From a virus (taxonomy: Duplodnaviria; Caudoviricetes), in the IMG/VR virus record IMGVR_UViG_3300005805_000337, positions 1 to 28,904 of that record: DNA of 28,904 nt. One strand, given 5' to 3'. Shown here piece after piece: positions 10,267-19,359 of this stretch (the stretch's first letter is position 1; each line of letters begins with the position of its first letter). The notes beneath the pieces are model-generated. The model ran no database searches and had not been told where the DNA came from. It saw only the letters and a program-made list of their open reading frames with translations. The translations under genes and the position numbers were made by a program.

Positions 10267-11868
10267 ATGAAAATTCTAAACACTGTAGAAAATAAAATCT
10301 TAATGGCAAAGCAATACGAGAAGGCTTTGACAGTAGATTCCAACACATATATTGGAATTGGAAAACCTCTAGAATGGGATGGGTCGGACACTGTTATTCC
10401 ACGACCAACTGAAACGACTGATAATATTTTTGACGTTTATCGCCATTTAGTTTCATTGAAAAAAATTATTGGTTCTGACGTAAATTTAGTCGCACCACGT
10501 GTAGATTGGGCAAACAACACGGTATATGAAGAGTATACAGAAGACCTTGAACTTTTTACTTACGATTTCAAACAACAAGTATCTGGAGTCGTGACTGCTT
10601 CTCTAGGATCTTCGAACGTTGTTGGCAATGGAACATTTTTTACTGCAAACTTATCAGTTGGCGATTATGTCGAATTGGCTGGTGATGGTATAAATGTTCC
10701 TCCAGTAAAGAAAGAAATTGTAGCTATAACAAATAACACGTTTATGTTGGTGAATAGCGTCTTCACAAATACATACACACAAAACAATCTACAAAAAATT
10801 ATCAACACGTATCCATTTTACTCCAATAAGTTTTATGTTCGTAATGACTATGACCAAGTGTTCAAATGTTTGCTGAATAATAATGGCGCAGCATCAACAG
10901 TGGTGCCAGAAATTGATGTTGGTGGCTCATTACCAGAAAACCCATTCATTCTCACTTCAGATGGATACAAATGGAAATATTTGTATACGATTCCATCTGG
11001 CATCAAAGAGAAATTTTTTACTTCAGATTGGATGCCAGTTGTCAAAAATAATTTAGTGGTAAATTCTACTGTGAATGGTAGACTAGAAATAATAAAAATA
11101 ATTTCTGGGGGATCTGGTTATCTTGCTGGTGGGAATTCGTCTTCTGCAAACATCATTTCTGTTTCTGGCAGCGGAACGGGCGCTAATTTGACAGCAAACG
11201 TCTACAATGGTGTTATTACTAACATCAACATAATCGATGGCGGATCAGGATACAAAGACGCAATCATAACTGTTTCCGATAATACACAACTATTTGGATC
11301 AAATTCTGCAAATATCATATCTGTCATTGGACCAGAAAATGGTCATGGTTATGATCCAGAAAAAGAACTCGGTGCAACACATCTGATGATATGTTCTGAA
11401 CTTGATGGTGATGAACTTGGTAAATTTCCAACAGAAAATTTAGATGAAAATTTTGACTTCAGACAAGTTTCTATACTTCGAGATGTACTAGATTCAGATG
11501 GGCTTCCTGCAAATAATATCAGATACAATGCATCATATTTGGTTACTGTTTTCAATCCGCCAAAAAGATACACTCTAGATAGTTATCTATACCAAGGAGA
11601 AAGTTTTGAAACTGCAACATACACAGCAGTTGTTGTATTTTGGGATGATGATACGAAAACGCTTTGGTTGAACAATGTCACTGGAAGTATACAAGCTGAA
11701 ACTGAATTGAAAGTGAAAGATGATGTAAATTTTGTTGCAAGTATTGATACTATTGTTTCTCCAGAAATTCAACTAAATAGTGGTGAACTGTTATACATAA
11801 AAAATAACGAATCAATCGTCAGAGATGACGACCAGACGGAACAGATAAAAATACTCGTCTCATTTTAG
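10267..11868 (+). CDS. gp8: Baseplate wedge subunit (gp8-like)
   Basis: 533 aa; YIGIGKPLEW, PRVDW, FYV..VFKCLLNN, DGYKWKYLYTIP, WMPV, GHGYDPEKELGA, DFRQVSIL, SGELLYI.N..I.RDDDQTEQIKILVSF. Confidence 0.88.
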   Translation: MKILNTVENKILMAKQYEKALTVDSNTYIGIGKPLEWDGSDTVIPRPTETTDNIFDVYRHLVSLKKIIGSDVNLVAPRVDWANNTVYEEYTEDLELFTYDFKQQVSGVVTASLGSSNVVGNGTFFTANLSVGDYVELAGDGINVPPVKKEIVAITNNTFMLVNSVFTNTYTQNNLQKIINTYPFYSNKFYVRNDYDQVFKCLLNNNGAASTVVPEIDVGGSLPENPFILTSDGYKWKYLYTIPSGIKEKFFTSDWMPVVKNNLVVNSTVNGRLEIIKIISGGSGYLAGGNSSSANIISVSGSGTGANLTANVYNGVITNINIIDGGSGYKDAIITVSDNTQLFGSNSANIISVIGPENGHGYDPEKELGATHLMICSELDGDELGKFPTENLDENFDFRQVSILRDVLDSDGLPANNIRYNASYLVTVFNPPKRYTLDSYLYQGESFETATYTAVVVFWDDDTKTLWLNNVTGSIQAETELKVKDDVNFVASIDTIVSPEIQLNSGELLYIKNNESIVRDDDQTEQIKILVSF

Positions 11869-11877
11869 GAAAAATAA

Positions 11878-14800
11878 ATGCCAATTGACTTTAACATCAA
11901 TCCATACAATGATGATTTTGAAGCGGACAATGGTCCTAGAGAAAACAATTACATGCGTATTCTGTTCAAACCAGGATATGCAGTTCAAGCTCGAGAACTC
12001 ACGCAGTTACAAACTGCGATTCAAAATCAAATCAAATTATTTGGCGATCACATATTCAAAGATGGAACACAGATTCTTGGTGGTCATTTGACCTATGATA
12101 ATTCTGTAATGTCTTTACAGCTCGAAGATCAATTTGATAATATTGACGTTGATATAGCTGATTTTGATGGCGTTCTTATTGCTAATGACGCTGGAGCGAA
12201 CAACAAAAGGGCTAAAGTCATCGCTGTCGATGACAGTCAAGAATATAAAACTCTGATGGTGAGATATCTTAGGGGTGTTGAATTTACTGATGGAGAAACA
12301 ATCAAAGTTCTTCCTGGGGATTCTCCAAAAGCAACTCTAATCGCAACAAACTCAACTAATGTTGGTTCAATAGTATCAATAAACACTGGTGTTTTTTATG
12401 TCAATGGATTCTTTGTTTATGTTCCAGAACAAACCATAGTTCTTGAACCAAATTCAGAAGCCCCAACATATAAGATTGGTCTAGAGATCGATGAGAATGT
12501 TGTTGATGAGTCTGCAGATTCAACATTACTCGATCCAGCTCAAGAATCATTCAATTATCAAGCTCCAGGCGCTGATAGATATCAGTTCAACTTAGTTCTA
12601 GCTAAGAGAACATTAGATTCAATTGATGACAGTAGTTTCTTTGAACTTCTTCGTGTTGAAAATGGTGTTATAACTAAACAAGTAAAATATCCAGTATATT
12701 CAGAAATCGAGAAGACGCTGGCAAGAAGAACATTTGATGAATCTGGTAACTATACTGTATATCCTTTCAAAGTATATCCTGATGAACACCCAACAGACTC
12801 AACAAAATTCATACTTCAAGCTGAGCCTGGGAAGGCTTATGTAAAGGGATTTGAATTTGAAACTGTTGGTGTGACGCCAATTGAAGTCGATAAAGCAAGA
12901 ACAACTGAAACTGTTACGGACTATGATCTTTCTCTAGAATTCGGAAATTATATAACAGTAAAAAACTTTTATTCGGGTAATACTGGAATATTCGACATAT
13001 CGCAATTTGCAAATCTTGACATGCACATTGTTCCAACGGCGAGCATCAACACCACATCTTTTGTAGATTATTCAAAGACTTTGATTGGCACCACTCGCGC
13101 GAGATCCATAGAAAAAAATGGTGAAAAATATGATCTGTATCTAGTTGACGATCAGATGATCACAACAGGTAGAACATCAATAAGACGTAATTTCAAATTT
13201 TCAACAAATACGACAAATTCTGATCCAGGAACTGGTTATCTGAAGTTTGATAATTCCACATCAACAAGCGTCACGCGAGTTTACATAAGTGATGTTGATG
13301 ATGATGGAAATGTGATCGAGTCTGCAGGAACAAATGTGTTATTGCAAGATGTTTTGAGACATTTTCCTGGGTACATTCGCATCGTTTCTTCAACAAAAAG
13401 TTTTGTCGCTAAAATTCAGGGAACATCGCAGGTTGGAACTGGATTTTTCTTTGTGACTTGCACAGATCCAAGTGGAGATATATTCTCATCTAACGAAGAA
13501 GTTTACATATATTTTGAGGCGGATTTAGTCTTCAACGTTGCGACATCAACTGCAACCACATTTACATTCCCATCAACATATCCAGACACTCCAACTGGAC
13601 TGTATGATGGTGTGTCGTTCACTGTTATAAATGGAACAGGAGCAGGACAACAACGAAGAATAACAACATATAATTCTTCTAGAGTCGCAACAGTTGATAG
13701 AGAATTCGACACTGTACTTGACACATCTTCACAAATAATATTGAATTATGGAATCAAAGATGTAGACAGTTTTGTTGTTAGACCCGAACCTGGCGACTTT
13801 GGTCCTGTCGCACTGTTTGGTGGGCAAAATCCAGATAATGCAGCATATCCATCTATGGATGTAGACAGTTTTAGTGAAAATGATAATGGCGATGCATTCT
13901 TGAGTAGAACAACATTCGATAGAATGATTTATGTTTTACCTGAATACACGATCGCTCCAAATTTGGAAAATGTAGAATTCTATTCAAGACTTTTGATCAA
14001 AGACGCTACATTTACTTCTGGACAATACCCAATAACATTATCTGGAAGAGATAGATTCTTTTATGGCGGTGACAATCCAGCTGTACCTCTTTCCAACTCA
14101 GTCGTCAACGATAATATACTTGTTGTTGTGAAAGATAAACTTGGTTCTTCATATAAAGATGGACAAGTATTGACATTGTATTCTGATGTTGGCGGGAATG
14201 GTGCATTCCGAGAAAGCAACACGCGTATAAATTTAGTTCAGGGAAGTTCAACATTTACTGCAGACATTGTAGTAACCGTAAGGGTTGAAGATGCGACAAA
14301 AAGTGGTTCCTCAATTGTAAAAGGGAAAACGCTAAGAGGCGCTAAGTCTGGAATCGATTATGTTAATTATTCTTCTGCAACAACTTCTGTTGCTGGGCAA
14401 TTTGGGACAAAACTTGATACAGCAAATGGAGTTGTTTGGTTCACAAATGTTGACGATATAATAAAAACTCCAGGCGATAGACAGTCATTGTTTATCTCTG
14501 ATGTAATTCGAATCAATAAAGTTTATGACTCTGGAAATTCTCAATTTGCACCAAACGCAACGAATGCTATCGATATAACTGAAAATTATTTGTTTGATAC
14601 TGGACAACGTGACAATTATTATGATCATGGTTCAATCATTCTAAAAGATGGAAGAAATGCACCATTGGGGCAAACTGCAGTTCTTTTGACTTATTTCGAA
14701 CACACAGGCGCATCAGCAGGATTTTTTGGTAGAGATTCATACACTCAAGCAGATCTATCAAACAATTATGTTGCGGTATATTCCTCATCAACAGTTGGAA

Positions 14801-16098
14801 CAGTTTCTCTTGCAGATGCAATCGATTTCAGACCAAGAAGGGTTGATGGAACTACAAATTTCTCTTTGAGTGGACTGAAGCTACCATATACAGATCTACC
14901 AATGACATTGACATATTCATATTATCTGCCAAGAATTGATAAATTGGTTGCAACGTCAAATAAAACATTTCAGATAATTTCTGGAGAACCGTCAAAGTAT
15001 CCAAAGATTCCTTCTGACGTTGACAACACGATGACTCTATATACAGTCTATGTGCCTGCTTATACAAATAATGCAAATGAAGTTAGACTAAAATTTCATG
15101 AGAATAGAAGATACACAATGAGAGATATTGGTCTCATTGAGAAAAGAGTTGAGAGATTAGAGTATTATACTCAACTATCTTTATTGGAAAGACAGGCTAG
15201 AGATGAAACATATTTTTACGAAGATAGAACGATAGAAAAAGAAAAATATGGAATTTTAGTTGATCAATTTGATGCATTTGGAATCGCAGATACAAAGGAT
15301 CCAGACTTATTGTGTCACATTAGTTCAAATGAGCTAAAACCATATAAGAAGGTGACGCCTGTTCGATTGCAATATCAAGCCAACACTGGACCGATGAGAT
15401 ATAATACTAGAACTTATTCATTGGGATACACAGAGAAAGAACTCGTTGTTCAGAACACGGCAACAAAAGCTGTTGTTGTTCAACCATATCTTTTCGGTTC
15501 GTTCAATGGTGAATTTCAAATAACGCCAGAAATTGATCCATGGATTTCAACAACAGTACGGACAGAGGTTGTTACCACTGAAGCTGCCGAAAATGATAGA
15601 CCACCAGCAGCTTCTTCGGTAACTGCTTCTGTTGTACAAAATACACCTTCAGTGCCAGTTTCTATTGATCCACCACCAGCTGAACGTGTTTTTGCAGTAG
15701 ATTCAGCTCCACAACCAATTCCTGTTGTTATACAAACACCAGTTGGAGAAACAATACCAATTGTCACTGAACGAAATACTGGAGAAGTTATAGTTGAAAG
15801 TGGTTATAATATAAAAATATTCGATAATCCTATTATCCCGAAACAAGACGCAGTTGTTACTGCAGCTGCAACTGACATTTTAGTTGCAGGATCTCAGGTA
15901 AGGCTACCGCCAATTGGACTATCATTTATGGGCTTCCCAATTCACGATATGCTCGGTGGTAATTTTTATAATAATTCAGTATCTGGTTCAAATAGCAACG
16001 TTGAACCGCCACCAGTGAGAGTAAAAGGTGCAGGTCAATCTGGTGGATTTAAGTCAAATCCACTAAGTGTTGGCGCGGGAAAATTGAAAAAAGCGTAG
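11878..16098 (+). CDS. Large virion structural protein, VrlC/DUF4815-like, N-terminal part
   Basis: 1406 aa; NINPYNDDF, RILFKPGYAVQARELTQLQ, APGADRY, LARRTFDESGNY, PGKAYVKGFE, DTGQRDNYYD, IDFRP, YYLPRIDK, RYTMRDIG.IEKRVERLEYYT.LSLLE. Confidence 0.8.
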   Translation: MPIDFNINPYNDDFEADNGPRENNYMRILFKPGYAVQARELTQLQTAIQNQIKLFGDHIFKDGTQILGGHLTYDNSVMSLQLEDQFDNIDVDIADFDGVLIANDAGANNKRAKVIAVDDSQEYKTLMVRYLRGVEFTDGETIKVLPGDSPKATLIATNSTNVGSIVSINTGVFYVNGFFVYVPEQTIVLEPNSEAPTYKIGLEIDENVVDESADSTLLDPAQESFNYQAPGADRYQFNLVLAKRTLDSIDDSSFFELLRVENGVITKQVKYPVYSEIEKTLARRTFDESGNYTVYPFKVYPDEHPTDSTKFILQAEPGKAYVKGFEFETVGVTPIEVDKARTTETVTDYDLSLEFGNYITVKNFYSGNTGIFDISQFANLDMHIVPTASINTTSFVDYSKTLIGTTRARSIEKNGEKYDLYLVDDQMITTGRTSIRRNFKFSTNTTNSDPGTGYLKFDNSTSTSVTRVYISDVDDDGNVIESAGTNVLLQDVLRHFPGYIRIVSSTKSFVAKIQGTSQVGTGFFFVTCTDPSGDIFSSNEEVYIYFEADLVFNVATSTATTFTFPSTYPDTPTGLYDGVSFTVINGTGAGQQRRITTYNSSRVATVDREFDTVLDTSSQIILNYGIKDVDSFVVRPEPGDFGPVALFGGQNPDNAAYPSMDVDSFSENDNGDAFLSRTTFDRMIYVLPEYTIAPNLENVEFYSRLLIKDATFTSGQYPITLSGRDRFFYGGDNPAVPLSNSVVNDNILVVVKDKLGSSYKDGQVLTLYSDVGGNGAFRESNTRINLVQGSSTFTADIVVTVRVEDATKSGSSIVKGKTLRGAKSGIDYVNYSSATTSVAGQFGTKLDTANGVVWFTNVDDIIKTPGDRQSLFISDVIRINKVYDSGNSQFAPNATNAIDITENYLFDTGQRDNYYDHGSIILKDGRNAPLGQTAVLLTYFEHTGASAGFFGRDSYTQADLSNNYVAVYSSSTVGTVSLADAIDFRPRRVDGTTNFSLSGLKLPYTDLPMTLTYSYYLPRIDKLVATSNKTFQIISGEPSKYPKIPSDVDNTMTLYTVYVPAYTNNANEVRLKFHENRRYTMRDIGLIEKRVERLEYYTQLSLLERQARDETYFYEDRTIEKEKYGILVDQFDAFGIADTKDPDLLCHISSNELKPYKKVTPVRLQYQANTGPMRYNTRTYSLGYTEKELVVQNTATKAVVVQPYLFGSFNGEFQITPEIDPWISTTVRTEVVTTEAAENDRPPAASSVTASVVQNTPSVPVSIDPPPAERVFAVDSAPQPIPVVIQTPVGETIPIVTERNTGEVIVESGYNIKIFDNPIIPKQDAVVTAAATDILVAGSQVRLPPIGLSFMGFPIHDMLGGNFYNNSVSGSNSNVEPPPVRVKGAGQSGGFKSNPLSVGAGKLKKA

Positions 16099-16109
16099 AG
16101 GAAGGATAA

Positions 16110-19100
16110 ATGACAAGCGTACCAAATGGATTAGTATCGTTAGGAACAGCGGCATTTTCAAGAGAAGGTCCAATTTTATATTATGGCGTTTGCATGAGAC
16201 CAGATAGAAAAATAAACATATTTGTAAACAGAAAAAATGTTAATGATTTCTGTCGAAATGCATCAAAAATAGTTATTACCGACAATGATGCTAATCGGTT
16301 CAGAACAACTTCTGGTAATTATTTAGGAATTCCGACCGTTGTGGCGAACGGAACACTCAACATAATCGTATGTGAACAATCAAACACTGCAGTGAAAGTT
16401 ATGAGAGGAATCAGTCCCAATACAGTTTATGTTGATGAGGCTTTTCTACATTTGAAATTAGATCCATATGGTGGAGGAACGTTTACCTCGACTTCATTTA
16501 AGCCTGGGGATACTGTTTTTCAAACTCCAAATAATTATATAATAGGAAGAAGTCCAACTAATTACATTCTAGAAAAAGCCAGAAGTCCTCTTGGTTCATC
16601 AGGAAAAAATAGTTTTTACCGTTCATTAATTCACAACAAAGTCTCGCGATTATCATCAAATACTCGATATAAAAATACTTCAGGGGCAACAGTTCCACTT
16701 CTTCAATTTGCTGGTCGAGTATTACATTGGTTCAGCGCTAATTCAACTCTAGTTATAGAAACTATATACGGAACAGCAAACACATCAAGTTCTAGAGTAC
16801 TGAACAAAATAGGAACATCATCACTTTCACAGAATGTTGCAAATGTCAGCATAATTAGAACAACATCGTTTCCAACATCTTCACAAATCAAAGGAATAAA
16901 TCAGGAAGTAACAATATCAACAAAAACTGTGACTGGCCATGAGCACAAAACTGGAATAGCTCTAGCATTCAATCCATCAAGCGTCCCACCGACAATAAAT
17001 TTATCGTCAAGCTATACATTAGCTGGTGGACCAGTTCCGATCAAAATTGTTGAAGGAAGTGGCGTTGGGCAAAAAGCAAATATCGTATCTATGGCATCTG
17101 CAACTGTTGCGAATCTAGATGTAGCTTTAGTTGGTCTAGACCACACTAGCGTATATGGATTGGAAGATAATATAATTGACGAATCTGGAAATATTGTTGG
17201 TGTATTTCAACATCGTAACGATACTATGTTGACTCTTAGGGCTGGTCCAGTTATTTTCGATTTTACAGATGCGAGTACAGCAACTGGAAATTCAACAACT
17301 CAAGGTGGGAGTACTTATATCGGCGGTGGAACTGCTGATGAAGTGAAGGATAAATTGAGTTCTGGTGGCGGCGAGACTACTACAAGTTCTGGTGGGACTG
17401 GAACAACAGTAACAGTCAATGACAATAAGACTACAACTACCACAACGACAACCACAACGCAACCTGGCGCGAAAGTAAATGCAAATGCAGTGATAACAGT
17501 TACTGGAACTGGAATTCCAACAACTACAACTGGAAATCGATTCTCAGTTATGACGCTCCCCGAAACGTTCAGGGCTGGCGATCCAGTTGCACAAACATTC
17601 TTTACTCCAAAAACAAACTATGGAATGTATGTCACATCTGTGGATTTATTTTTCAAATCCAAGCCATCAAATGATGAAGTGAAAATACCAGTAAAAGTTA
17701 AGTTAGTCAGCACTCAAAATGGATATCCAAGCGATAGGGTTCTTGGGACTGCAGTAGTAGATCATTATGATGTTGTCACCACTGATGGTGCAAATACATT
17801 TCCAAGAACTTCCAATACACAAACACAAACTAAGTTTACATTCCCAGATCCAATATTCCTAAGTCCAAGCTCAGAATATGCGATTATGGTTCAATCAGAT
17901 TCACCATCATATGAAGTTTGGACCGCTGAACTTGGAGAGAATGTTGTAGGAGATCCAAATAACAGAAGAGTTTCTGAACAACCATATATTGGAAGTTTCT
18001 TTAGATCTCAGAATGCTTCAACATGGACACCATATCAAAACGAAGATTTGATGTTTAGAATAAATCGAGCAGCATTTGAAACGGCTCCAGTAACGATAAC
18101 ATTCAATAATGAATTTTCTAATGAAGAAATACCATATGATGAAATTTTCTTGAATGCATTGGAGCTTGAATATCCAAAAGCGAATATTGATCATAAATTG
18201 AAAACGACGCTATATTCTACCAGTCAGATAGAAGATAATTTCACTAAAATAGAAGAAAACAAACCACTTTGGTTTGCGACTTCATTGAATTCAATATCTT
18301 CAACTGGGAGACGTAGAGTAATTCCTGCTGCAAATTCTAATTCACTGCAAACACAAGTCATATTGGACTCTGATGACGAATATATTTCTCCATTTTTGAA
18401 TTCTGAATCATATGGTGCATTGGTATCCAAAAATATGATCAACAATGGTGAATTATATGAGAATAATATCACTATAACAAATCCTGGTATTCACAATAAC
18501 GTTGCAAATATAACAGTAACAATCAGTGGATCAAACTTATATGAACCAATAAGAAATAACATTTCGACTACTGCTAATGGAATAGCATTTTTGACTGGAA
18601 ATTCAGTAACATATATTGAACTTGACAATCCTGGACTTGGTTATATTGAATCACCAACAATAACGATTTCTGAGCCAGGCGCAACGCTCAATGCAACTGC
18701 AATTATAACATCAGAAGATTCCAAATATGGTGGAAATGCGCTTTGCAGATACCTAACAAAGAAAGTGAATCTTGCTGATGGATTCGACTCTGGTGATCTG
18801 AGAGTGACGCTGAGAGCAATAAGACCACAGGGAACGAATATAGTAGTTTACTATAAAGTTCAATCTGAATCAGATAGTAGATTGTTTTCAGATATAAGGT
18901 GGAGAAGAATGTATTTGGAGAATGATGTCATTTCTCCAGATTTAAATACTGCAATTGATTTCAAATACAATCCATCTGATGATCCCAGAATAAATAAAAT
19001 ATCATATGTTGAGGATGGTGTAACATATCCACTTGGCGGAACATTCAAATATTTCGCGATCAAAATTGTTTTGTTGGCAGAATGTGGTTGCGTTGCACCA

Positions 19101-19142
19101 ACAGTAAGAAATCTAAGAGCTATTGCATTACCTGAGGGATGA
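16110..19142 (+). CDS. Large virion structural protein, VrlC-like C-terminal part
   Basis: 1010 aa; AGGAAGGA RBS upstream; DPVAQTF, VTSVDLFF, TKFTFPDPIFL..EYAI, QPYIGSFFRSQNASTWT..EDLMF, FAIKIVL..P.VRNLRAIA. Confidence 0.78.
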   Translation: MTSVPNGLVSLGTAAFSREGPILYYGVCMRPDRKINIFVNRKNVNDFCRNASKIVITDNDANRFRTTSGNYLGIPTVVANGTLNIIVCEQSNTAVKVMRGISPNTVYVDEAFLHLKLDPYGGGTFTSTSFKPGDTVFQTPNNYIIGRSPTNYILEKARSPLGSSGKNSFYRSLIHNKVSRLSSNTRYKNTSGATVPLLQFAGRVLHWFSANSTLVIETIYGTANTSSSRVLNKIGTSSLSQNVANVSIIRTTSFPTSSQIKGINQEVTISTKTVTGHEHKTGIALAFNPSSVPPTINLSSSYTLAGGPVPIKIVEGSGVGQKANIVSMASATVANLDVALVGLDHTSVYGLEDNIIDESGNIVGVFQHRNDTMLTLRAGPVIFDFTDASTATGNSTTQGGSTYIGGGTADEVKDKLSSGGGETTTSSGGTGTTVTVNDNKTTTTTTTTTTQPGAKVNANAVITVTGTGIPTTTTGNRFSVMTLPETFRAGDPVAQTFFTPKTNYGMYVTSVDLFFKSKPSNDEVKIPVKVKLVSTQNGYPSDRVLGTAVVDHYDVVTTDGANTFPRTSNTQTQTKFTFPDPIFLSPSSEYAIMVQSDSPSYEVWTAELGENVVGDPNNRRVSEQPYIGSFFRSQNASTWTPYQNEDLMFRINRAAFETAPVTITFNNEFSNEEIPYDEIFLNALELEYPKANIDHKLKTTLYSTSQIEDNFTKIEENKPLWFATSLNSISSTGRRRVIPAANSNSLQTQVILDSDDEYISPFLNSESYGALVSKNMINNGELYENNITITNPGIHNNVANITVTISGSNLYEPIRNNISTTANGIAFLTGNSVTYIELDNPGLGYIESPTITISEPGATLNATAIITSEDSKYGGNALCRYLTKKVNLADGFDSGDLRVTLRAIRPQGTNIVVYYKVQSESDSRLFSDIRWRRMYLENDVISPDLNTAIDFKYNPSDDPRINKISYVEDGVTYPLGGTFKYFAIKIVLLAECGCVAPTVRNLRAIALPEG

Positions 19143-19146
19143 TTTG

Positions 19147-19359
19147 ATGTATGCAAAAGTAGAAGAACATGATCATCTAATACGAGATCTCACAAACAAT
19201 TCAATACTCAATACTGATAAAACTGCACTCAAAAAACACGAAATGATTATGAGGCAAAAAGAAAGCGCCAAAAAGTTTAATGATGAACTGAGTTCAATGA
19301 AAAATGATATCTCTGAGTTGAAAGAAATGATGAAAGCACTAATCAATAGAGAGAAATAA
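19147..19359 (+). CDS. Small conserved hypothetical protein with C-terminal coiled coil
   Basis: About 70 aa from ATG 19147 (track start 19123 overlaps the upstream gene); KVEEHDHLIRD..NSILNTD then heptad-like ELSSMKNDISELKEMMKALI; such ORFs commonly follow VrlC-like genes. Confidence 0.7.
   Translation: MYAKVEEHDHLIRDLTNNSILNTDKTALKKHEMIMRQKESAKKFNDELSSMKNDISELKEMMKALINREK

Noticed and set aside
16096-16112. Stop-codon readthrough or recoding joining the two VrlC-like ORFs
   Set aside because: The ORFs are in different frames and the second has its own RBS; other genes translate full-length under the standard code.
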